Origin: Octopus sinensis
Taxonomy: Eukaryota
Assembly (NCBI RefSeq): GCF_006345805.1
Contig: NC_042997.1
Span: forward strand, 496,001 to 560,000
DNA length: 64,000 bases
Reading direction: 5' to 3'
Under the pieces are notes generated by a model, which saw only the letters and a list, made by a program, of their open reading frames with translations, ran no database searches and had not been told where the DNA came from. This document shows, in pieces, positions 25,603 through 37,743 of the stretch (positions are counted from its first letter, which is position 1; every line of letters begins with the position of its first letter). The position numbers and the translations under genes were made by a program.

Positions 25603-28173
25603 GAAGGAAGCGGTTGGAATCTCCCTATGCTCTGATTGATAATACATCTAGTGATAGTGTCACAATAAAAACACTGGTAATTGCACAACCTGATAATCGC
25701 TACTTCATAGGCGTGACAATGACAAAACAAAATATTGTGAATAACGGTGGTAATACAACTGAAGCCCTTGACGGTGACAGTGTTACACTCGGCAGGCTCA
25801 GATATATTGGTCCGAATCCAACCTGTCCGTTATCACGCAAACGATCGTCACACGGCGTATATGGAACAGACAAATCAATGTTGTTGTCATGGAGTGTTAC
25901 TGCTTGAGCAATCCCGTAGATTATGTGATGAAGCTAGAACAATTAGTAAACATCGTTGGTTCACAGAAATAGAGCTTGAAGCTATCAAAAGACGGGTATT
26001 GGAAAACAGCAACAGACAAAACGATGAAAATATTGTTCCTACCGATAAGAGTAATCTCATAACCGAAAACAGAGTTGAAATCTCTATTAAACCACAGGAA
26101 AGGAATAGTGATAGCTTGCTCGATGGGAGACATATAAGTGGTTTGGAAGAAGACAATAAAATTAATGATGACATGACCGATGGGCAAAAGGCAATCTACG
26201 ACAGAATGAAGGGAATGCCACAAGAGAATGATAGCGACATTATTTGCAACTTTAAAAAGGTTGATCGGTGGAAATTGAAACATGAAATGAAGAATGTGAA
26301 TGAAATTCTGAAATGCATCAGAACGAACAACAGCACAGAAACAAATAATTTAATCAACGAGCAAGTCTTGTTGTAGCACAAAATGTGGGTGTTGATATCG
26401 AGAAAAAGAGATATAATGGAAGTGACAAATGAAAAGATCCATATTGGAAAGGAAAAATGCACACGGGTTTAGATATGCTCTTGAAGGACATTTCTGTGTT
26501 AGACCGAAAACAAAAGGGGGAGCATAAAAGCAAACAAAAATATAGGGCACTGAACAGGAAGTATGATATTGAAAGAAAGGGCTTGAAACCGGTAATAGAG
26601 GAATTGAAACAGCGCCTCGTTGCAAAGAAATCAGAGATGGTACGATACGAATAACTGCACAAATCTACAGCTCGTTAAATGCCGACCACGTAACACCAAA
26701 GTGGTTGAGAATGGGTAGGACAGTGCTGTGCTTGAAAAACATGGAAAAAGGCAATACGATAGACAATTACAGGCCGACATCTTGCTTGACACTTATGTGG
26801 AAAAATAATTCATTTGGAATAGTTGCAGAGTCAATGTATGGACATCTGGAAAAAAATGGAATCATGCCACATGAACAGAAGGGTGGCAAACGTATGTGCA
26901 GAGATACCAGGGATCATCCCCTAGTAGATAAAACTGTACTTAGAGATTGCACGTGGAGGAAAACTAACTTAGTCATCTCATGGCAAAATCAAATGTTAGA
27001 CGGGCTACCTATAACCATCGGCGGAGGTTAAGAAGCAGATAGAAGAGACGGGCTTTAAGCAATTGGGGATAAATTGATACAGAAAGAAATGATAGAAACT
27101 TTTAATCTGGTGTACTTGCACAGCCTGAGACTGATCCTGAAGTCGAAATGAGACGGACGGAATAAGATTGAAACTATCAACACCTGAGTGGTTCGCTACT
27201 TATATATGGAGCATGGGTAATTGCATGGACAATAGACGAAATAAACAGCTTGGGCAGAAAGACAAGGAAGTTGCTGAGTGGCTATGTGATACTCCAATCA
27301 AATAGTGACACTGAAAAAGAGTGAGAAGAGGAGTGATTGGATGCGAACACAGCATTAGAGCAGAAGAAAACAGCATAGCATGGGATGTAAAAAATGCTAC
27401 AGACCCACTATTATTGGAAGTAAGAAAGTCAGGCTTGTGTAGGATGGAAGATTGCAAAGACACGGCACTCTGCAAGGACTTGAGAATGAATGAAACTGAA
27501 ATTAGGTGGATACAGAAAAGAATGCATAGAGAATTTCATAGGGATGCTGAAGATAAGATAGGCAGAGAAACAGATGGGTATGAATGGCTAAAAGTGATTT
27601 AAAACCAGAAACGGAGGTTCTAATCTGTGCTGCACATGAGCAAGCATTAAGAACCAATTACAGCATAGACAGCACATCAGAAAGTGATAAGTGACGTCAT
27701 GACAATATAGCGAGGATGGCTTATTGGACACTTTGCAACAAGTTTGGACTTGACAGAGCAAAAAAACTGGCACGAACATAAACCCGAAGCCTTCATCGAA
27801 TATGATAATGCAAAGATCCTATGGGATTTTACGATTCAGTGCGACCATGAGATAGCGAATAGGAAACCAAAGATAGTGTTATTGAGAAAGAAAGCAAACG
27901 AAGCTGGATCATAGATGTAGCATGCCCAGCTGACAACAAGGTATGCGATAAAGAAGAAAGAGAAGTCGATGGATGTGATAAGTTAGCTTGGGAGGTTAGG
28001 CAGTTGTGGTCGATCGATGAAAAAGTTGGTAGTAATACTAAAAAAATTCGGAGCTCTGGGAATAGTGAGTAAAAATGTTAAGAAGTAGATGGACAAAAAT
28101 AGGGGCTGCAATAAGTGTGGGTCGCTTGCAGAAAACAGCAGGCACCGTAGTGTATCTCCAGCTGTGCAAAGAC
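25602..28173 (+). mobile_element. R4/Dong-clade (restriction-like endonuclease) non-LTR retrotransposon, internally deleted
   Basis: N-terminus WNRQINVVVMECYCLSNP / RLCDEARTISKHRWFTEIELEAIKRRV; NYRPTSCLTLMWK, EQKG; LKPETEVLICAAHEQALRTN; KILWDFTIQCDHEI..KP (REL domain). Catalytic RT motifs missing. Confidence 0.85.
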
Positions 28174-28187
28174 AATAAATAATAATG

Positions 28188-28259
<72 letters not shown>

Positions 28260-28278
28260 TTATTGTAATTATTATTAA

Positions 28279-28347
<69 letters not shown>
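28174..28347. repeat. Abutting oppositely oriented (AAT)n and (ATT)n arrays
   Basis: (AAT)n 28174-28257 followed directly by (ATT)n 28259-28347. Confidence 0.95.
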
Positions 28348-28348
<1 letters not shown>

Positions 28349-28349
28349 A

Positions 28350-28450
28350 AGAGGGGAAATGCAGGAAGGGGTCTGATAAGTGTGGAAGAGGTGAGTGTGT
28401 ATCGAACAGGAGAGGATAATGAGATACCTAGCCCAAAGTAAGGAAACTTT
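28350..28450 (+). mobile_element. Small R4/Dong-like fragment
   Basis: GRGLISVEE motif. Confidence 0.5.
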
Positions 28451-28484
28451 GCTAGTGACAGAAACAAGAGATTATTGGTGAGGA

Positions 28485-28960
28485 GACGCATCCTTGTTTG
28501 AAATCGGTTTTGACTTCGAACGGGTCTATCAGTTTGTTGTTACTTATAACTTGAATTCGAAGTTTCCGTACAATAAACGAATCGTCCAGGCTAATTTCTG
28601 TTGGAAAGCATAGTTTCTAAGAATCTTCCATAGAGTATCTCGGTGAAGGCTATCGAAAGCTTTTTTAAAGTAAAAAAACAGCATGTACAAGGATGAGTTC
28701 CGTTAATGCGATTCTTCGAATATTTGGCAAATTGCAAAAATATTGCCGATACATGATTTTCTTTTTCCTGAACCAGCTTGCTCTTGGCGAAGTAATTAGT
28801 CTACTGCTGCTGTGATGCGCTGTAATATAATGGGGGTGAATGTTTTACTGGTGATTGCTAATAGGATGATTCCTCTCCAAATATTACAGTTTGATGCATC
28901 ACCTTTCTTTCGTAATTTCTCGATGAGTCATTTTTTTCCCAAATGTTCAGTATTTCTTGA
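28485..28960 (-). mobile_element. RTE-clade RT fragment, degenerate
   Basis: KKGDASNCNIWRGIILL...EQAG...KKAFDSLHRDTLWKIL...FEVKTDFKQGCV. Confidence 0.8.
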
Positions 28961-29138
28961 TTGATTCAAATATTTTATAAATGTTTTGAAACGTCTTTGT
29001 TAATGCTTTGACCTCTGTTTTAAGCATTTCATTACAAACTCTATCTATAAATGTATGCGTATGTATGCGTACGGGAGAGGGAGTGTAGAAACAGCAGTAA
29101 TAGTAGTGCCAGATGCAGTAGTGGTAGTGGTGGTGGTC

Positions 29139-29181
<43 letters not shown>

Positions 29182-30039
29182 TAGTAGTGTAACCCAGGGA
29201 ATAACTAATCTGAGTTATTGCATTCTATGGATGGTACCAAAAATACTGAATCTTAGATTCATATTTCTTACATAGGCATGCGTTTTCCGTGTTTATTATA
29301 TTGAAGAACAATTAGTTACTAGAACGCTAATTTTTTTTCCTCATATGTAGTAATATGAAATGAGTGAAATCAGATATCGAAGCTTACTAGAAGCTTCTGC
29401 CTACTCTGTGGCACCCACCAAAATGAGATCCACTTTAAGAGTAATGCTTATTTCCATTCGTAATCTAATTTTAATTCGAAAATTCATGTTATCGTCTTTC
29501 ATAGACAGAAACGTTTACATAATTTTGCAATTACTCGATTGCTTTTTAGACACAAAGAAATGTTAGTAGCTAATTTATTAGAAAATACAACATGAATAAA
29601 TTGGCAGTTAAAAATTTGTATTTATCTTAAAACGGTGTGGAAAATTAAATAGCTTCGAAAGTAGGAAATAAAATATTTATTGCGTTGGAATGAAAGCAGC
29701 ATTGTCGACTGTGTCTACATTAATTATAATTGTTATTAAGGCTGTAACTTGAGAGGAGTCATTTGGTAGTGTGGCTATCAGACAGACTGGTAAAACGTTA
29801 GTCGAAACTACGCTACGTACACTAGCCTATCAACATTTTATATCTTTGTTCTGTCTCTAATGCTATTACTACAATGGTTTCTCTTACTTTGAAGTGGAAA
29901 AGCTTTCAAAGCCCATGGCCATTATCTTCTCTTCCACGTGCTAATTTTCGATTTCTAACATAAATACCAGACCAAACGTTTGAGGTGTGGGTGAGGGAGA
30001 GTCTATTATATCATCGCACTATTTTACCTGGTAATTATT

Positions 30040-30135
30040 TTATTAAACCCAGAAGGATGAAATACAAAGTGAAACTTGTCTGGATTCAACCTCTGAACGA
30101 ATAGAATACGACTGAATACAACTGAATACCGCACT
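30040..30135 (-). mobile_element. SINE family A, degenerate fragment
   Basis: Reverse complement contains TTTCATCCTTCTGGG..TAATAAAAT..TTACCAGG, resembling the family core. Confidence 0.4.
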
Positions 30136-30195
30136 GGAAATCTTTAAGAGCATCTTTACCTTCTACACACTTGTTCATTCATTCATACATACATG

Positions 30196-30232
<37 letters not shown>

Positions 30233-30254
30233 ATAAATATATATATACACGCAT

Positions 30255-30291
<37 letters not shown>

Positions 30292-31093
30292 ATATATGTA
30301 TATACATAAATGTGTATATATATATATTATATATATATAAATAATATATATATATATATGCAAACGCAGTTACACCTCACTATGTACGTATATGTCTCAG
30401 ATAACACTCAGAACAGGAAGTAGGGTTGTGGAAACTAAAACATCTATAATACTCATATCATACATCTCCTATACTACACTCACTTACCGATGCTAGTATT
30501 TGATGAATGAGAAAATAAGTGAGGAACACCTCATTGTGAAACAATATGTGATAATTGTTTCAGTGATTGTTGCAGAAGTGAAATGAAAGATCCCAGCGAG
30601 GCTGACAAAGAACGCAGCGGGAGATCCTTTTCTGTGACAAAGACATTTCCCTTCACTAGACTTCTCATTCCACTTGAACAGGTTCATAGAAACGTACAAT
30701 ACCATTTCTACTATCCTGAAATATAAATTCCTGTTTGTAATCAACACAAAGAAACCAATGTGTGAAAAATTATTCTTAAAATGTTTCGCTTTTTTTTTCC
30801 ATATATATATATATATAACAAAAACATAAATTTAACCAAAATAGAGTGAATTTTGTATTGAAAAGACTGAGAAGAAAAGAATAGCCATTTAATGTAAGAG
30901 AAACGAAACATATAAAGAGAAGAAAATAAATATCAGAAAATGAGGGAAAGAATGAATGAAGTAGAGGAGGAGAGTGTTATACAGTATATGAGAAAAATAG
31001 AAGAAAAAGACGAAATGAACGAGGAGCGAAAACGAGGCAAGCTCGCAGGTGCGCACAAAAGTGAAGAAAGCAACGCGTATGATATATACATAC

Positions 31094-31164
<71 letters not shown>

Positions 31165-31768
31165 CATATATGAATATCTTTATACATATAAGTCTGTGTG
31201 CCTCTGTGTGTATGAATGTGTGCGTATGTAGGGATGTGATGGAGGTAGGCGTTAGAAATAGCCAAGAATAAGATTAGAAAATATACTAAAGATACCGATG
31301 TGAGAAAAATGAGATGGAAAGTTTAGTGAGAGTAACGGTAGAAATATTAAACAACACATAATGAAAAACAATAGACATGCGTGTGAGTGTGTGTGTGCAT
31401 ACGCATAGGAAGGCAGTATAGAATTATACTATATATGAGAGTATACACACTCAAACACACACACACACACACACACACATGCGCACACATATATGTACGG
31501 ATTGTAATTACGTATTTAGACATATGTCCATTTCTAAATTGAGAAATTTGAAGAGAAACTCTATTATATTTTCAACCTTATGTAGAAACTATATAATAGA
31601 GTTCTTTTAAATGAACATCGTTCCCATTTCAGGAAACAAAAGCATCACTTCCAACTAGGCACAGGCGTGAGTGCATGCGCGCGTACACATACACATATAC
31701 ACGCACGCCCGACGCAAACACGCGCGCACACAGACACGTGCACTCACACACACATGTGTATATATATG

Positions 31769-31837
<69 letters not shown>

Positions 31838-31933
31838 CGCAAATACATGTGTCTGCATACGTGCATAAACGCATGTATCTATAAACATATAGGTGTGTGT
31901 GTATTGGTGCCTGTATCTATCTCTCTATCCATC

Positions 31934-32088
<155 letters not shown>

Positions 32089-32754
32089 ATATTTATGTTT
32101 CTATCTATCTCTTGGCGTGTAAAAGTATGCGTGCGCCTGTATGTATGTGGGCACACGCATGCACGTGAGTGTTTGTTTGTGTACAGAGCAAAGAAATTCG
32201 AGCAGGAAAAAATGCACTTATCACTCAGCCACACACATGCTCGTATATACCTATCTACACACGCATTTATATTTATCGATCTCTTTTTTTTTTCTCTTAT
32301 TTTGTTTTCAACACTCGTGATTTTTCATTTAATATCTCTACAACTTCCCAGCTTCTAGATCATTCTATCTTTTGCCAAACCACATTGTGCTTCGATTAAG
32401 ATGATTGACTCAGCCTCTTGATAAATACGTATGTCCATCATATTTTGCCAGTCATGTATGTATGTATTCGCAGCTAAACTATTATCGAATTCTAAAAGAT
32501 TCTTCACAAATCATTGCGTTTCTCGCTATCCTTCAAATTACACATTCTCTATATTTCATTCGTTGTTTTCTAGTTCCCTACAGTTTTGGTTTATTGTTTT
32601 CTTTTAAAATTAGGTTCTGTTTTATTTCTTTTCAGATTTTCCTTTTGCGCGGAGAAGAGTATGCAGTGATTTTTTTCTCCTTTTATATATTAATTCACCT
32701 ATTATTGTTTCAGTTTCTACCAAGCCCTAATAATTTAAACCACTCCTCCGTCTT

Positions 32755-32878
32755 CTCCTCCCCATCCTCCCCAACCTCCCCATCCTCCTCATCCTACTAC
32801 TACTACTACCACTACTACTACTACGACCAACACCACCACCACCACCACCACACCACGACGACGACGACGACGACCACC

Positions 32879-32916
<38 letters not shown>

Positions 32917-32917
32917 A

Positions 32918-32971
<54 letters not shown>

Positions 32972-32976
32972 ACTAT

Positions 32977-33016
<40 letters not shown>

Positions 33017-33017
33017 G

Positions 33018-33096
<79 letters not shown>

Positions 33097-33383
33097 AGGA
33101 GCGAAAGGCGGTGGCAACTATTTGGCCGTACCATAGTCCAGAGAATGCAACCAAATACCCGACAAATCAGACGACACCATCTTAAAAAAACAGTGACGTT
33201 GGATCATGTGTAATTGGAGGAAGCAAAAGGAAGCAAGAATGGAAATGACTTAAATCCGGGGTTCACAACAGGTCTTAGGTTTACACAACTAGTGCTTTCC
33301 TGGGACTAAATAGCACCTCTGCCACTATTACTCTTGCCACCAACACCACTTCTGAAACAACAAAAACAACAACTAATGCTACC

Positions 33384-33415
<32 letters not shown>

Positions 33416-33771
33416 CAGCAACAGCAACAACAACAACAACAACAACACCAACATCAACACCAACATCAACACCGCCTCCACCACCACCACCACCACCACC
33501 GTTACTACTATATGTCATCATCAAATTTACCATTGAAAATTTCTTCCTTGACAAAATAAACATTCCCTCTTCTCATCCTCGTCTACCCCTCTTTCTACTC
33601 CCTTTCTCCTTCTCTTCTGTATCATCAGCACCAACATTATAGTCACTATTATTCTCCATATTGTCAACATCAACATCATTTCTCTTACCACTTTTACACC
33701 CATTACTTTCGACAGCAGAGGCAGCATCACTACCATCAACACAAATAGCATCAGTAGCAGCAGTACTACCG

Positions 33772-33852
<81 letters not shown>

Positions 33853-33869
33853 ATACCACCACCACCACC

Positions 33870-33947
<78 letters not shown>

Positions 33948-34160
33948 GCTACTACTACTACTACTACTACTACTGCTACTACTACTACTACTACTACTAC
34001 CATCACCACCACCATCATCCTCTTCAACCACTTTATCATCATCGCCATCAAGTTCATCATCAACATCCTCATCCTCATCTTCATCATCGCTATCGTTTAC
34101 TAATCGTCATCATCCGTAGCAACTCTACTACCACGACCACCACCACCATCAACCCCATCC
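32755..34160. repeat. Compound trinucleotide block (ACT/ACC/AAC/GCT/TCA)n with a unique island at ~33098-33340
   Basis: Long runs; source of poly-T/S/V/L ORFs. Confidence 0.95.
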
Positions 34161-34882
34161 ATCGTCGTTGTCATTGTGTGTTTCATCATTATCACCTGCA
34201 TTTTTCAAACTTAACAGCTGTTGGATCCAATCTGAAATATGTTATGAATTTTCTGTATTAATCCATATTGGTGAAAATATTTCTTTCATTTCTGAATATG
34301 ATAATACAAAGGACTACTGTTTGTTATTATTTTTATTATGTATTTCTCTCTCTCTCTTTGCAATGTTCTTTATCTTTCAGCCTAAGAATTCACCTTCGAT
34401 ATTGTTGTAAATTTAAATTCAAAAATTTGTTAAATTTTTCCATAGCAATCTTGTTTTCATTTGTTCAAGATTATTCTGTTTTGTTATGTTTATGTGTGTT
34501 GCTTTATTAGTTTTATTTACAGCTATCAATTCATGTTTCACTCTCTCTTTCATTAAATAATGATTCTTAATTCAAATTGATCGAATCTCGATAAATCAAG
34601 TTTTAGTTATGATTGTGTGAACGAACTGTCTTCGTAATCAAAGAGAATTTAATGAACGCTTTATTCTCAATATAAATCTATTTATCTCCTGTTGTTTGAT
34701 TTGGCATTTCTATATATTTTAATTGTAAATTGTACATCTACCGTGCTGCAGGAAAATATCGTTCTGTTTATTTCACATACATCCTGCAGCACCATTCACC
34801 ATTCAGTGAAAGAAAGGCCGAATAGCTTTGCGTCGTGTTAAAAACAATATTTCCCAATGGTTCTTTCCTCGAGGAAACCAAA

Positions 34883-34900
34883 TATACATACATACATACA

Positions 34901-34934
<34 letters not shown>

Positions 34935-34991
34935 CATACATACATACATACATACATACATACATACATACATACATACATACATACATAC
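34883..34991. repeat. (ATAC)n microsatellite
   Basis: Direct run. Confidence 0.97.
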
Positions 34992-34994
34992 AAT

Positions 34995-35400
34995 GAGTCA
35001 CTCAGACACAAACCTGTGCATCAATGGTCCCAGCATCTCACCTGTCCCATATAAAGAATGCTACTATTACCTATGCATTGGTGGAAACACGAAGGTAATG
35101 TGAATAACGATAATGGTTTGAAAATATTATGTCAGACTGAAAAATACGGCAGTGAGAACTCGCCTCTTATTAGAAGACGATGCATTTTCTGTACCAGTGC
35201 TGATTCCAACGTTTGGGGTAATGACTGATTTGTAGAAAAAATCCACTCCCTAGACGTTAAAACCCGCAAAGCGTCAACTGGAAATTGCCACAAGAATAGC
35301 GATATCGACCGGCTCCAACTCAGAAGTGATACAGTAAGTAGAGGTTTGAGATCAGTGTAGTCAGACTTCAAATGTCCTATAGTCTCTCTCAGACAGTACT
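34995..35400 (+). mobile_element. R4-like non-LTR fragment (post-RT/thumb region)
   Basis: AFSVPVLIPTFGV and SLDVKTRK...HKNSDIDRL...SRGLRSV match the AVPVL..FG / DVDRLY..RGL motifs. Confidence 0.65.
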
Positions 35401-36047
35401 TGTTAAAAAACAGCAGCAAAAATATATTAACTTAGTGCTGACAAGTGACGCGAACAATATCCAGTAACTGTTGCACTTCGTTTTGTGAGTAAATGCCTAA
35501 ATGACTAGCTGGAGAAGCTTGAATTTTTGGAAAAAGAAATCAACCAACTCGCACATTACAAGTACAATCTATATGTGAAAAAGTCAAACTATGCAAGATT
35601 TTCCTCAAGTTTAAAATGTGACATTTTTTTATCTACATTTCAACGATGAAACTGTTTATCTTTGTTAGAAACCAGTTCCTTCTTCAGACGAAGAATTAAA
35701 TAATTAAAAGCGGAAGAAAGCACACATACATACGGTCATACATAAATACATGTATACATGCATTCATACACATAGACAACTTAGATGCACAATTAGTGTG
35801 TTTATACACACACGAACACACAAACACAGACATGGGCGTACACACACATAAATATAAGAATTAGGTACTCAATATGGCCGGTAGAGCTCAATTATTTATC
35901 ATATAGGAAAAGACTCAGCATTATATGGCTCTCATATATTTGGCTTCGCGTCAGTGCAGAAATATTCACTGTAACGGCGCACATCCACTCATACATACAC
36001 ACACACATACATACATACATACATACATACATACATACATACATACA

Positions 36048-36079
<32 letters not shown>

Positions 36080-36161
36080 CATACATACATACATACATAC
36101 ATGCATGCATGCATGCATACATACATACATACATACATACATACATACATACATACATACA

Positions 36162-37743
36162 TTGCATACATTGGCATCCTTTCTGTCTCGGGAGACAATG
36201 GAGTTGCGCATTTTTTTTTTTTTTTAAGGTCTAGTCCGGCTGTTATATTTTATTTCCTGTTACATTTCTTGCTGTGGCTGTGTAGTCCTATCCTGGACAA
36301 ACACTCCCTCTGGCAGGTACTGCAAATGTAGCGAAGACTGTTCCTGGCTGGTTGTAGTGCCATGGTCTCTTGTTTATGTCTCTTCCTTTCTTTCCATTTC
36401 TCCTCTCTCTTTCTGTCACTCCTCTGTATACCCTCTTTTACTGTACGTCGCCATTCTCCACGGTTGCCGGCGACTGCCTCCCAACCGCTAATGTTGATGT
36501 TGCAGGCCTTCATATCCCTTTTGCAAACATCCTTAAATCGTAAGATCGGTCTACCCACAGACCTAGTACCCCTAGCAAGCTCTCCGTAGAGTATGTCCTT
36601 GGGGATTCTGCCATCTTTCATACGGCTAACATGCCCAAGCCATCTCATACGTCTTTGTGTGAGGAGTGCAAACATGCTTGGTATTCCTGCTTGCCTGAGG
36701 ACATCTTTGTTGGGGATATGATTCTGTCATTTGATGTGGAGGATTTTTCGGAGGCAGCGCAGGTGAAAGATGTTTAGGCGACGCTCTTGGCGTGTGTATA
36801 GCGTCCAGGTCTCGCTTCCATACAGTAGAGTGCTGAGTACACATGCCTGGTAGATCTTCATTTTTGTGGTCTTGGTCAGCTTATTGTTGTCCCAAGCCCG
36901 TTTGGAGAGTTGGGCCATCGCAGCAGCTGCCTTGCCAATGCGTATATTGAGAACAGCGTCAAGGGATAGGTTGTAGGTGACGGTAGAGCCCAGATAGGTA
37001 AATTTCTCCACCTCTTGTAATCTGTGGTCTCCAATATGTATGTTTGGGATGTCCGATGTAGCCTGGCCCATGATGTTGGTCTTCTTAAGGCTGATAGCTA
37101 AGCCAAAGTCGTTACATGCTTGCTCAAAACAGTTAATGAGCCTTTGGAGGGCTTCTTCTGTGTGTGTTACCAGAGCGGCATCATCAGCAAATAACATCTC
37201 CTTGATCAGGACGTTTCTGATTTTGGTCTTGGCACGCAGGCGCGAGAGATTGAACAGTTTCCCGTCACTTCTACTGTGCAGAAACACTCCATCATCTGAT
37301 GTCTGAAAGGCATGTGAAAGTAAGAGCGAAAAGAAGATGCCAAACAATGTAGGAGCGAGGACACAGCCTTGCTTTACCCCGTTTTTTATTTGGAAGGCGG
37401 CTGATGTTGAACCGTTGTGCTGTATGGTGCCTTGCATGTCATCATGGAAAGACTTGATGATCCTCAGCAGCTTTGGTGGACATCCGATTTTTTGGAGCAG
37501 GAGGAAGAGGCCTGTTCTGCTTACCGAGTCAAAAGCCTTTGTTAGATCAATGAAGGCCATATATAATGGCATTTTCTGCTCTCTGGACTTCTCCTGAAGT
37601 TGGCGTATGGAGAATATCATATCGATAGTTGATCTGCTTCTTCTAAAGCCACACTGCGATTCCGGATAGATTCGAGAAGCAAGTAGTTGTAGCCTGGCCA
37701 GGATAACGCGGGCAAAGGTCTTTCCAACAGTGCTTAGAAGGGA
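36162..37743 (-). mobile_element. RTE-clade LINE, 5'-truncated, RT to C-terminus, single in-frame stop
   Basis: SLLSTVGK, PESQCGFR, FIDLTKAFD, GVKQGCVLAP, LFADD, YLGS, RWLGHV, C2H2 end. ORFs 36727-37902 and 36250-36675 are in the same frame, separated by one TGA. (ATGT)n on both sides. Confidence 0.97.

Noticed and set aside
30488-30715. Minus-strand segment with canonical acceptor and GTAAGT donor
   Set aside because: All three frames contain stops; no homology recognised
35655-35695. CTGAAGAAGGAACTGGTTTC on the minus strand
   Set aside because: Weak stem II, no GAAA, no stem I
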